Source of the DNA: Methanococcus maripaludis
GTDB taxonomy: Archaea > AGJL01 > Methanococci > Methanococcales > Methanococcaceae
Length of the DNA stretch: 32,000 nucleotides
Direction of reading: 5' to 3'
Assembly (NCBI RefSeq): GCF_002945325.1
Contig: NZ_CP026606.1
Coordinates: 270,001-302,000 of the forward strand
How positions within the stretch are numbered: position 1 is the stretch's first letter; each line of letters opens with the position of its first letter. Of the stretch, positions 9,782 to 19,534 are shown piece after piece. The notes beneath the pieces are model-generated. The model was given only the letters and a program-made list of their open reading frames with translations. It did not search any database and was not told the DNA's origin. The translations under genes were made by a program, and so were the position numbers.

Positions 9782-10483
9782 ATGAAAATTAGTTTCCAAT
9801 TAATAAGAAATCTAATCAAAACATCATTTTTAGGATATTTTTTAGTGAATAATAGTTTTTGTCTGTGTATTGTAGGTTTTGTTCAAAGAATTCTTTTAAC
9901 ATTTAATTTAAGCGAGATTACACCCCAATTAATTGGACTTTCTGCGGTTTCAGTTGTTTTTGGGAGACTTTTTTGTGGATTTATATGCCCCTTTGGAATC
10001 ATTTTTGAATGGACGTATAAATTAAAAATGAAAATAGATAATTCAAAAATACTCCCAAAAGTAGATCCGAAAATCCATAACAAATTGATTTATCTAAAAT
10101 ATATTCTCTTAATAATCGGGCTTTATTTGACTTTTAAATATGCAACTTATGTAATTTGTGGAGTATGTCCAATTGGCTCGTTTGCAGGATTAAATGGAAC
10201 TGTAATTTCATTTATACTTCTAGGATTATTCATAATTTTAGGATATTTTATACCGATGTTTTTCTGCAGGTACTTCTGCCCAATTGGAGCACTTCTTGGA
10301 ATTCTATCTGTAAAACCGGTTTTTAAAATAAAATCTAATGATAAATGTAACACCTGCAGACTTTGTGAAAAGAAATGCCCAATGCAGATTAATATACTGG
10401 ATAATATGGATGAAAAAGAATGTATCCGATGTTTTCAGTGTGTGACTGCCTGTAAAAAAGGTGGAATAACATATGGAAGATAA
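9782..10483 (+). CDS. Membrane-bound polyferredoxin, NapH/MauN-like (COG0348-type) 4Fe-4S protein
   Basis: Several TM helices carry the family-typical intramembrane Cys motifs FCGFICPFG and FFCRYFCPIGALLG. The C-terminus has two ferredoxin-type clusters, CNTCRLCEKKCP and CIRCFQCVTACK. Confidence 0.8.
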   Translation: MKISFQLIRNLIKTSFLGYFLVNNSFCLCIVGFVQRILLTFNLSEITPQLIGLSAVSVVFGRLFCGFICPFGIIFEWTYKLKMKIDNSKILPKVDPKIHNKLIYLKYILLIIGLYLTFKYATYVICGVCPIGSFAGLNGTVISFILLGLFIILGYFIPMFFCRYFCPIGALLGILSVKPVFKIKSNDKCNTCRLCEKKCPMQINILDNMDEKECIRCFQCVTACKKGGITYGR

Positions 10484-10552
10484 TTTTAAATTTACTTTTT
10501 TTAATTTCAAAATAAATAGTATAACAAAAAAAGATAAAAAAAGATTTTTTAT

Positions 10553-11854
10553 TTATCCAATGTACACAAACCTTGCTGCAAAGATGATTGCAAGTAAATA
10601 TACGATTGGGTGTACTTCTTTTGAACGTCCTGCAATTATTTTAATTAATGGGTAGAAAATAAACCCTAATTGAAGTCCTGTTGCAATACTGTACGTTAAA
10701 GGAATTGTAATTAATGCAATAAATGCAGGAACTGATTCAGTAATGTCATCCAAATCGATTCTTTTTATTGCTGAAATCATTAAAGCCCCAACGATTATTA
10801 ATGCAGGAGCTGTGGCATATGCAGGGATTGCCGCAACAAATGGTGAGAAGAATATCGAAAGTAAAAATAACGCGGCAACTACAACCGATACAAATCCGGT
10901 TCTTCTACCAAGTCCAATACCTGAAGCAGATTCAACGTAGCTTGTAACTGTTGAAGTACCTAAAGCTGCACCAACCGCAGTTGCGACTGAATCGGACATT
11001 AATGCTTTTTCTGCTTTTGGAAGTTTTCCATCTTTCATGTATCCTGCCTGTGAACTCAGAGCACTCAGTGTTCCAAGTGTATCAAATAAATCCACAAAGA
11101 AGAACGCCAAAATTATGTTTATAAGACCAAAACTAAGAGCTCCCATAACATCCATCTGCATCAGTGTTGGTGCTAAGGATGGAGGCATTGCAACTAAACC
11201 TGCAGGAAGTGCTGAAACACCAAGGCCCATGCCAATTACTGCGGTTAAGATAATACCCCAGAGAATTGCGCCGGTTACTTTTCTAGCCATCATTGCAGCA
11301 GTTGCAAATAAACCAAAGAGTGCCAAAAATGTTGCAGGTGAAAGCACGTTTCCAAGACCTACCAAAGTAGCTTCGTTTGCAACGATAACTCCTGCAGATT
11401 TTAAGCCAATAAATGCGATAAATAACCCGATACCAACAGCAGTACCGTATTTCAAAGCATCAGGTATCGCGTCAAATATCCAGGTTCTAATTTTAGTTAA
11501 TGTTAACAAAATGAATAAAATACCAGAAATAAAAACAGCACCAAGAGCAGTCTGCCAGCTTAGGCCCATGCCCATGACCACACCAAATGTAAAGAATGCG
11601 TTTAAACCCATTCCCGGTGCAAGTGCAAACGGATATTTAGCATAAACGCCCATTATAAAAGTACCAAGTGCAGCGGATATACATGTTGCAACCATTACTG
11701 CCCCAAAATCCATTCCCGCCAGACTTAAAATCGACGGATTTACAAATATGATATACGCCATGGTCATAAAAGTCGTAACTCCTGCCATGGTCTCTACTTT
11801 GAAGTTTGTTTTATGTTCTTCAAACCCAAAGTACCTAGCCAAAAAATTTGCCAT
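10553..11854 (-). CDS. NCS2-family purine (adenine/guanine/hypoxanthine) permease, AzgA/PbuG-like
   Basis: N-terminus MANFLARYFGFEEHKTNFKVETMAGVTTFMTMAYIIFVNPSIL matches the AzgA-type signature (E..AG.TTF.TMaYI..VNP). Polytopic membrane protein. I trimmed the track start (11983) to ATG 11854, which follows SD GGGGTGAAC. The upstream 43 codons look non-coding. Confidence 0.85.
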   Translation of the reverse strand: MANFLARYFGFEEHKTNFKVETMAGVTTFMTMAYIIFVNPSILSLAGMDFGAVMVATCISAALGTFIMGVYAKYPFALAPGMGLNAFFTFGVVMGMGLSWQTALGAVFISGILFILLTLTKIRTWIFDAIPDALKYGTAVGIGLFIAFIGLKSAGVIVANEATLVGLGNVLSPATFLALFGLFATAAMMARKVTGAILWGIILTAVIGMGLGVSALPAGLVAMPPSLAPTLMQMDVMGALSFGLINIILAFFFVDLFDTLGTLSALSSQAGYMKDGKLPKAEKALMSDSVATAVGAALGTSTVTSYVESASGIGLGRRTGFVSVVVAALFLLSIFFSPFVAAIPAYATAPALIIVGALMISAIKRIDLDDITESVPAFIALITIPLTYSIATGLQLGFIFYPLIKIIAGRSKEVHPIVYLLAIIFAARFVYIG

Positions 11855-11948
11855 AAGTTCACCCCAGTTAATTAATATATAATATAAGCAACTATTATGA
11901 ATATAAAGATTACATTTCATCATAAAATTTAGAAATTTAGTGATACTG

Positions 11949-13562
11949 ATGTTTAAAAGAGAAGAAATCATTGAAATGGCCAATAAGGACTTTGAAAAAG
12001 CATGGATCGAAACTAAAGACCTTATAAAAGCTAAAAAGATAAACGAAAGTTACCCGAGAATAAAACCAGTTTTTGGAAAAACACACCCTGTAAATGACAC
12101 TATTGAAAATTTAAGACAAGCATATCTTAGAATGGGTTTTGAAGAATATATAAATCCCGTAATCGTCGATGAAAGAGATATTTATAAACAGTTTGGCCCG
12201 GAAGCTATGGCAGTGTTAGATAGATGCTTTTATTTGGCAGGACTTCCAAGACCAGACGTTGGTTTGAGCGATGAAAAAATTTCACAGATTGAAAAACTTG
12301 GAATTAAAGTTTCTGAACACAAAGAAAGTTTGCAGAAAATACTTCACGGATACAAAAAAGGAACACTTGATGGTGACGACTTAGTTTTAGAAATTTCAAA
12401 TGCACTTGAAATTTCAAGCGAGATGGGTTTAAAAATTTTAGAAGAAGTTTTCCCAGAATTTAAGGATTTAACCGCAGTTTCTTCAAAATTAACTTTAAGA
12501 AGCCATATGACTTCAGGCTGGTTCCTTACTGTTTCAGACTTAATGAACAAAAAGCCACTCCCATTTAAACTCTTTTCAATCGATAGATGTTTTAGAAGAG
12601 AACAGAAAGAAGATAAAAGCCACTTAATGACATACCACTCTGCATCCTGTGCAATTGCAGGTGAAGGCGTGGATATTAATGACGGAAAAGCAATTGCAGA
12701 AGGATTATTATCGCAATTTGGCTTTACGAACTTTAAATTCATTCCTGATGAAAAGAAAAGTAAATATTACACACCTGAAACACAGACAGAAGTTTACGCA
12801 TACCACCCAAAATTAAAAGAATGGCTCGAAGTTGCTACATTTGGAGTATATTCGCCAGTTGCATTAAGTAAATACGGAATAGATGTACCAGTCATGAATT
12901 TAGGACTTGGTGTTGAAAGACTTGCAATGATTTCTGGAAATTTCGCAGATGTTCGAGAAATGGTATATCCTCAGTTTTACGAACACAAACTTAATGACAG
13001 GGATGTCGCTTCAATGGTAAAACTTGATAAAGTTCCAGTAATGGATGAAATTTACGATTTAACAAAAGAATTAATTGATTCATGCGTTAAAAACAAAGAT
13101 TTAAAATCCCCTTGTGAATTAACCATTGAAAAAACATTTTCATTTGGAAAAACCAAGAAAAATGTAAAAATAAATATTTTCGAAAAAGAAGAATGTAAAA
13201 ACTTACTTGGACCTTCAATTTTAAACGAAATCTACGTTTACGATGGAAATGTAATTGGAATTCCTGAAAGCTTTGATGGAGTAAAAGAGGAATTTAAAGA
13301 CTTCTTAGAAAAAGGAAAAGCAGAAGGGGTAGCAACAGGCATTCGATATATCGATGCACTTTGCTTTAAAATTACTTCAAAATTAGAAGAAGCATTTGTG
13401 TCAAACACGTCTGAATTCAAAGTTAAAGTTCCAATTGTCAGAAGTTTAAGCGACATTAACTTAAAAATCGATGATATCGCGTTAAAACAGATAATGAGCA
13501 AAAATAAAGTAATCGACGTTAGAGGCCCAGTCTTTTTAAATGTCGAAGTAAAAATTGAATAA
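11949..13562 (+). CDS. sepS: O-phosphoseryl-tRNA(Cys) synthetase (SepRS)
   Basis: Class II, PheRS-alpha-like core: IDRCFRREQKED (motif 2) and NLGLGVERLAM (motif 3). The N-terminus MFKREEIIEMANKDFEKAW and a length of 537 aa fit methanococcal SepRS as I remember it. I prefer ATG 11949 to the track GTG 11940, which lies inside the SD-like GTGATA. Confidence 0.9.
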   Translation: MFKREEIIEMANKDFEKAWIETKDLIKAKKINESYPRIKPVFGKTHPVNDTIENLRQAYLRMGFEEYINPVIVDERDIYKQFGPEAMAVLDRCFYLAGLPRPDVGLSDEKISQIEKLGIKVSEHKESLQKILHGYKKGTLDGDDLVLEISNALEISSEMGLKILEEVFPEFKDLTAVSSKLTLRSHMTSGWFLTVSDLMNKKPLPFKLFSIDRCFRREQKEDKSHLMTYHSASCAIAGEGVDINDGKAIAEGLLSQFGFTNFKFIPDEKKSKYYTPETQTEVYAYHPKLKEWLEVATFGVYSPVALSKYGIDVPVMNLGLGVERLAMISGNFADVREMVYPQFYEHKLNDRDVASMVKLDKVPVMDEIYDLTKELIDSCVKNKDLKSPCELTIEKTFSFGKTKKNVKINIFEKEECKNLLGPSILNEIYVYDGNVIGIPESFDGVKEEFKDFLEKGKAEGVATGIRYIDALCFKITSKLEEAFVSNTSEFKVKVPIVRSLSDINLKIDDIALKQIMSKNKVIDVRGPVFLNVEVKIE

Positions 13563-13566
13563 TTAA

Positions 13567-13583
13567 TTTTTTTTATTTTTTTT
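13567..13583 (+). terminator. Oligo-T terminator after sepS
   Basis: T8-A-T8 begins 5 nt after the TAA stop, in a convergent intergenic region. Confidence 0.45.
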
Positions 13584-13641
13584 AAATTTTATTTAAAAAC
13601 TAATTTTAAAAATTAAAAAAGAAATTTAATATATTTTAAAA

Positions 13642-14769
13642 TTATTTGATTTCAAAAGTATTTGAATCAATTTTTCCAAATCCTCCGTAATCACTTTTCA
13701 TTTGGTTGTAAACTCCTTCCCCAACTAAAAAGCTATATATATCGTCTGCGTTCTCTTCGGGATTTACATCATTGAACTGATCAGGATATATCGTTTTTCC
13801 AATATAATAAGAATCTGCAAGCAGTGTTCCAATATTTATCGTATAAGATGTAATTGGTAAAACTGCATGGGTATTTCCACCATTAAATGCAGTAAATGAG
13901 TTAAAAAGCTCGGGATTTTTCCCATACTCTTCTTTTATTCCATTAAAACTTCCTTCATCTATAAAAATATAGTCCGGATTCCATGAAATCAGCCTTTCTT
14001 TATCCACAAACGTTTGTTGTGGATCATTTCCAAGTTCGAGCTCGTTTACAACGTTTTTAGCACCCAGTGCTTCGAAAGGTAAAAATTTATACTGTGTCGA
14101 GGTAATCCCCTGAGAGCCGGACTTTGCAATTCCGCCAAGATACACAGTTGGTTTTTCATTTTCGGTGATATTTTTAGTCTTTTGATTTAAATCTTCAAAA
14201 TTTTGCTTCATAAATTCAATTACGTCATCTGCCCTATTCTCCTTTCCAATGATATCCCCTGCAAGTGTTAATGACCCATATACTGAATTTATTTCAAAAG
14301 AAGCTCTAGAAGCGCCACCGTAGCTTAAAACCACCACTGGAACTCCAGTTTGTAACTGTAACTCATCTGCAGTCTGTTTATCCACGTATGTAATAAATAG
14401 TACATCAGGATTAACTGCAATAATTGCTTCAGGATTTGGCTTTGGATCACTGCCTCCTTGTCCTATTATGGGTAAACTTGAATATATTTTCGTATTTGCA
14501 AGACTATACGGCCTTCCCGTTGGTTTTGTTTCTGAATTTTCTACACCTGATATCATATCTACTGCATCTAGATACGTCAGAAGCCTTAATGAACCCGAAC
14601 CAACACATACAATGCTATTAACTTCTTTTGGAACATCCACTTCACGTCCAATAGTATCAACAATATTTACAGTCGTAATTTCGTCATCCACTGGAGTATT
14701 GTCACCAATACAGCCCGCAAATGAGGAAATTATGAGAATTGCCATTATTGTCAACATTATTTTTTTCAT
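13642..14769 (-). CDS. ABC-type (iron-siderophore/cobalamin class) substrate-binding protein, probable lipoprotein; no cognate permease or ATPase nearby
   Basis: Signal peptide with a lipobox-like SSFAGC. The body resembles periplasmic-binding-protein type 2 (FecB/BtuF-like) proteins: VVCVGSGSLRLLTYLDAVD..., NPDVLFITY, WNPDYIFIDE. I prefer ATG 14769, which follows SD GGGGTG. Confidence 0.8.
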   Translation of the reverse strand: MKKIMLTIMAILIISSFAGCIGDNTPVDDEITTVNIVDTIGREVDVPKEVNSIVCVGSGSLRLLTYLDAVDMISGVENSETKPTGRPYSLANTKIYSSLPIIGQGGSDPKPNPEAIIAVNPDVLFITYVDKQTADELQLQTGVPVVVLSYGGASRASFEINSVYGSLTLAGDIIGKENRADDVIEFMKQNFEDLNQKTKNITENEKPTVYLGGIAKSGSQGITSTQYKFLPFEALGAKNVVNELELGNDPQQTFVDKERLISWNPDYIFIDEGSFNGIKEEYGKNPELFNSFTAFNGGNTHAVLPITSYTINIGTLLADSYYIGKTIYPDQFNDVNPEENADDIYSFLVGEGVYNQMKSDYGGFGKIDSNTFEIK

Positions 14770-14933
14770 ATTGCACCCCATATCTAACTTATTAATAAAT
14801 TAACAAAAATATGGTTAATATTTAATAATATATATGTATATAGTATTACAGAAGATAAATTAGAGGTATCATTAACGTAATAGTGAATTTTAGAAAAAAA
14901 TAAGTAAATAATTTTTAAAAAAGGAATTTATTT

Positions 14934-15677
<744 letters not shown>

Positions 15678-16496
15678 TTAGATTTTTATCTCTTTTAATG
15701 CTTCTTCTACTTCAACATCTTCGTGAACGATTTTGCAGATTGCACTTGTAATTCCTTTGACATCTTTGTGCTGGAATACGTTTCTTCCAGAAGCTACTCC
15801 TTTTCCGCCTGCATGCATTGCATCTTTTACCATTTGTAAGAATTCTTCGTCAGTGTTTGTTTTTGGACCGCCTGCAATAACAATTGGTGCAGGGCATCCT
15901 TTAACAACTTCTTTGAAGGTGTCAGGGTCTCCAGTGTAATTTGTTTTGATAATATCAGCACCAAGTTCAGCACCAAGTCTTGCAGCGTGTGCGACAACTT
16001 CAGGGTCTTTTTCGTCTTTAATTTTTGGGCCTCTTGGGTACATCATTGCAATAAGAGGCATTCCCCAGTGTTCACAGGTTTCTGAAATTAAACCTAAATC
16101 CCTGTACATTTCAAAGTCTGATTCTGCACCAACATTTACGTGTAAAGATACTGCATCGGCACCCATTCTCATTGCATCTTCAACTGTTGTTACAATTACC
16201 TTTTTGTTTGGATCAGGTGAAATTGAAGTTCCTGCAGACATGTGTATTATTAATCCGATGTCTCTTCCGTATCCCCTGTGTCCGTGCCTTACAAGTCCTT
16301 TGTGGCCTAAAACTGCGTTTGCACCACCGTCAGCAACTGCATTTGTCGTAATCCGCATATCCTTTATACCGTCAAGTGGCCCCGATGAAACACCGTGGTC
16401 CATAGGGATTATTACTGTTTTTTCGCTTCTTTTATCGAATATTCTTTCTAATCTGATAAGTTTTCCTACATTTTTGATATTGTCGAACATTTCCAT
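15678..16496 (-). CDS. aroA': 2-amino-3,7-dideoxy-D-threo-hept-6-ulosonate (ADH) synthase, class I DhnA-type aldolase (aroA')
   Basis: Near-collinear with the M. jannaschii MJ0400 ADH synthase sequence as I remember it: ...[10 protein letters not shown]...[11 protein letters not shown]...[10 protein letters not shown]...IIKTNYTG (Schiff-base Lys)...GRNVFQH. I prefer ATG 16496 (SD AGGTGAT plus 6 nt) to the track TTG 16502. Confidence 0.88.
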   Translation of the reverse strand: MEMFDNIKNVGKLIRLERIFDKRSEKTVIIPMDHGVSSGPLDGIKDMRITTNAVADGGANAVLGHKGLVRHGHRGYGRDIGLIIHMSAGTSISPDPNKKVIVTTVEDAMRMGADAVSLHVNVGAESDFEMYRDLGLISETCEHWGMPLIAMMYPRGPKIKDEKDPEVVAHAARLGAELGADIIKTNYTGDPDTFKEVVKGCPAPIVIAGGPKTNTDEEFLQMVKDAMHAGGKGVASGRNVFQHKDVKGITSAICKIVHEDVEVEEALKEIKI

Positions 16497-16895
16497 AATC
16501 AATCACCTTAAAAATTGTATAGTGTCTTCTTTAGATTTATAGTATATAGTGTGGAGAATATACTCTTATCATTAAATTCCTTAAAACCTGCAAAATTCTG
16601 CAATCGAACAATTTACGAATACAGTTTACTTAAACAAACAATTCTCAGCAGTTAATAATACCACTGGTATGAAAAAAACAATCTAAACCCTAATGCGCCA
16701 CATAATTTATTTACGATACAATTCAAATTCCTGATGCTACTCTGCGTATGCGTCATTTTCATCCCTCTTTTTCATTTGTATTTATTCCTTATTTTTGATT
16801 TTTTATTTCACAGAAATTCATCTAGTTATATTGATATATATATTTTCCGATTTTGATTATTCAAAAATAAAACCGTAGTTTGAACAGTGTTTAAT

Positions 16896-17537
16896 TTATA
16901 CTATTCGATAAATATCTACTGGAACATTTACAGCCTTTTTCTTATGGAATTCATAAATTGCAGGTATCCTAAAGTCTGCCTGGAATATATTCGTAATTTC
17001 TCGACCTTTTTCTTTAACATAATTTATTAAAAAATCCCTTGTCGCAGTATTGTGTATTGTATAAATCACGTCACCGATTTCAAACGCTTTGTCCAAAAAA
17101 ATTCTATCAGCATACTTTTTTTGAGATCCAAACGGCGGATTTTGAATAACAACCTTTTTTAAACCATTAAAATCGGAAAAATTATCTTCAAAATATTTTT
17201 TATCGATATTTTTAACATCGGAATTTAAAAAATCGACTTTTAAATCTGAATTTGAATCTACATTTAAATTTTTCAAATTTTCTTTTGCAGTATCAATTGT
17301 TTCTTCATCAATATCGATTCCAACTGCATGTTCTGCACCAAGAACTTTAGCACCAATTATAAGTCGGCCGCTGCCGCATCCTAGGTCAATTACAAAACTG
17401 CCATCAATATCTTCCTTAGCAAACAGCAAAAACTCGCTTGCAAGGTTTCCTTCGATAGAATATTGTTCGAGATGCGCTTTTGGTTTTGGATGCGGTTTTA
17501 AATTGTCAAGTAAAATTTCAAGATGTCTTTTTTTCAT
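16896..17537 (-). CDS. METTL5-like N6-adenine rRNA methyltransferase homolog (COG2263-type)
   Basis: Collinear with human METTL5 from memory: MKK..LE..L...P...LEQY; SAM motif I DLGCGSGRL; GIDID; motif IV NPPFG; C-terminal Y.FHKKK.V...VD..R. I trimmed the track start to ATG 17537 (MKKRHLEILL). Confidence 0.85.
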   Translation of the reverse strand: MKKRHLEILLDNLKPHPKPKAHLEQYSIEGNLASEFLLFAKEDIDGSFVIDLGCGSGRLIIGAKVLGAEHAVGIDIDEETIDTAKENLKNLNVDSNSDLKVDFLNSDVKNIDKKYFEDNFSDFNGLKKVVIQNPPFGSQKKYADRIFLDKAFEIGDVIYTIHNTATRDFLINYVKEKGREITNIFQADFRIPAIYEFHKKKAVNVPVDIYRIV

Positions 17538-17655
17538 TAAAATCCCAAAAATTATTGTTAAGAACTGATTAAAACTACAACTATAAAAAAGCATTATTAA
17601 AAATTTTAAAATAGATAAATAAAAAAATTAAGTATTTTTATTGATTTTAAATCAG

Positions 17656-18120
17656 TTATTCTATGTCAATTCCGGTTCTCTTAGCTTTTTCTGATTTTGG
17701 AAGCGTTACAATCAACATTCCGTTTTCAAATTTAGCTGAAGAATTTCCTTCCTTAACAGGAGCTGGTAATTTTATAGTTTTGTAAACTTCTTCATCTTCA
17801 GGAACTTCAGAATAAATTATCTTTTCTGATTCCATTATAGCCATTGGGGCCCTTTTAGCCCTTAATTCAAGAGTTTCCCCAATTGCATTTATTACAATGT
17901 CGTCTTTATTTATTCCTGGAACTAATGCAATTACTTTAATCGTTTCATCGCCTTCGATTAGCGTTATAGGCATGAAACCTTTACCACTAATTTCTAAACC
18001 CATTGAGTTCATTTGAAACATTGATTTTCCCATTGAGCCCCCAAGGCCCTCCATAGGAACTCCCATACCAAAAACTTTGAATATTTCTGAAAAGGGATCT
18101 TTTGGATCTCTACCAAACAT
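17656..18120 (-). CDS. Small heat-shock protein (Hsp20/alpha-crystallin family)
   Basis: Alpha-crystallin domain pattern: ...[30 protein letters not shown]...[10 protein letters not shown]...[15 protein letters not shown]. Met-rich N-terminal arm. TTTATATA box and SD GGGTGAT lie upstream. Confidence 0.88.
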   Translation of the reverse strand: MFGRDPKDPFSEIFKVFGMGVPMEGLGGSMGKSMFQMNSMGLEISGKGFMPITLIEGDETIKVIALVPGINKDDIVINAIGETLELRAKRAPMAIMESEKIIYSEVPEDEEVYKTIKLPAPVKEGNSSAKFENGMLIVTLPKSEKAKRTGIDIE

Positions 18121-18283
18121 GTTTTATCACCCATTTCTCGATTTCTGAATATTACTTACTTTGAAGTTCTATATAAACGTTATGGTTATATGCCTGTAAA
18201 TACACTAATTAAATATAATATATTTAAAATAAAACAGTATAACAGTTTTAACAACAATTCCCAATACCGAAAGGTGGAAAATA

Positions 18284-19435
18284 ATGTTTGGAAGTCTAAA
18301 GGAAAAATTAAATAATACCATTTCAAAATTAAGTGATAAAATTTACACGAAAGGAGAAGCTAAAGCTGTAGAAGAATCCAACTTAAAAGAAACTCCCGAA
18401 ATAATTGGTGAAGAAAATAAAACCAATTTAGAAAAACCAGAAAAAGATTTAAAAGAAATAAACACTGAATCTTTTGAAAAAAAGGAAAAAATTGGATTTT
18501 TAGACAAATTAGCCGTTACAAAAAGCATTAAAAAAGTTCTTGGAAAAGATGTGATATTAACAGAAGACGATATTGAAGACGTGCTTGAAGAAATGGAAAT
18601 GGAACTTTTTGAAGCAGATGTTGCATTTGATGTCGTTGAAAAAATCATTGAATCATTGAAAAATCAGCTTGTAGGGCTTAAAATATCTGCAAAAGACGAT
18701 CCAGAAGAAATAACCATAAATGCACTTAAAAAATCGATAAAAGAAATATTGTCACAAGAAAAAATTGATGTCTTTAACCTTATCGATGAAAAAAAGGCTA
18801 ATGAGGAACCTGCAGTATTATTATTTGTTGGAATAAATGGGACTGGAAAAACGACCTCAATATCTAAACTGGCCTACATTTTAAAAGAAAAGGGTTATTC
18901 TGCAGTAATGGCTGCAGGAGACACATTTAGAGCCGGCGCAATAGAACAGCTTGAAGAACACGGTAAAAATACGGGAATAAAAGTTATAAAGCACCAGAAA
19001 GGGGCAGACAGTGCTGCGGTAATTTATGATGCAATAAGCCACGCAAAAGCAAAAGGATTAAACGTAGTCCTTGCAGATACTGCGGGAAGACAGACTACAA
19101 ACATTAACTTAATGGATGAAATCAAAAAAGTAGTCCGAGTTACAAAACCAGATTTAATCATTTTTGTTGGAGATTCACTTGCTGGAAACGATGCAATATC
19201 CCAGGCAGAAGAATTTAACAATGCAATCAATATCAATGGTGCAATACTTACAAAAACAGATGCTGACGCAAAAGGGGGCGCTGCACTCTCAATTGCTTAT
19301 TCGATTGGAAAACCAATTTTATTCATGGGTGTCGGTCAAAGGTATTCTGACCTTCAAGAATTTGATGTTGATTGGATGATAAAAAAGCTCTTTTCAGAGG
19401 AGAGTACTAAATTATCGTCTGAAAGGCAATTTTAA
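18284..19435 (+). CDS. ftsY: Signal recognition particle receptor FtsY
   Basis: Acidic N-terminal A region followed by an NG domain with SRP-GTPase motifs GINGTGKTT (G1), DTAGR (G3) and TKTDAD (G4). SD AGGTGGA. Confidence 0.93.
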   Translation: MFGSLKEKLNNTISKLSDKIYTKGEAKAVEESNLKETPEIIGEENKTNLEKPEKDLKEINTESFEKKEKIGFLDKLAVTKSIKKVLGKDVILTEDDIEDVLEEMEMELFEADVAFDVVEKIIESLKNQLVGLKISAKDDPEEITINALKKSIKEILSQEKIDVFNLIDEKKANEEPAVLLFVGINGTGKTTSISKLAYILKEKGYSAVMAAGDTFRAGAIEQLEEHGKNTGIKVIKHQKGADSAAVIYDAISHAKAKGLNVVLADTAGRQTTNINLMDEIKKVVRVTKPDLIIFVGDSLAGNDAISQAEEFNNAININGAILTKTDADAKGGAALSIAYSIGKPILFMGVGQRYSDLQEFDVDWMIKKLFSEESTKLSSERQF

Positions 19436-19534
19436 TCCATAATTTTATCATTATAGGGATTATCGCCCAAATTAATTGGTAAATTATATAAATATTAAAA
19501 ACCTAACTTTTTTAACTAATTTACCGGTGGTATC

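Noticed and set aside
10473-10655. 60-aa plus ORF in and beyond the convergent spacer after the polyferredoxin gene
   Set aside because: It mostly overlaps the 3' end of the permease gene in antisense. The remainder is A/T-tract terminator DNA.
11037-11645. 202-aa plus-strand ORF
   Set aside because: It is fully antisense to the AzgA-like permease. Its Ala/Pro/Lys-rich composition mirrors the hydrophobic codons of the opposite strand.
11855-11983. N-terminal extensions given by the ORF track for the permease (to 11983) and similarly for 16896-17594, 20234-, 24027-25166, 13642-14781 and 29072-29977
   Set aside because: The extended parts have promoter-like AT-rich, aromatic-rich composition. 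In each case an internal ATG is preceded by a GGTG/GGAGG-type SD at 3-8 nt and gives the family-typical N-terminus.
12344-13501. Minus-strand ORFs 12344-12742 and 13238-13501
   Set aside because: They are antisense to SepRS, with low-complexity Ser-rich products and no ribosome-binding site.
16737-16775. 12-codon mini-ORF (MKKRDENDAYAE) as an attenuation leader peptide for the aromatic amino-acid gene aroA'
   Set aside because: It has only one aromatic codon and no Trp/Phe/Tyr run. There is only a weak SD-like AAGGAA, and no alternative hairpins that I could see. I kept it only as a detail of the spacer finding.
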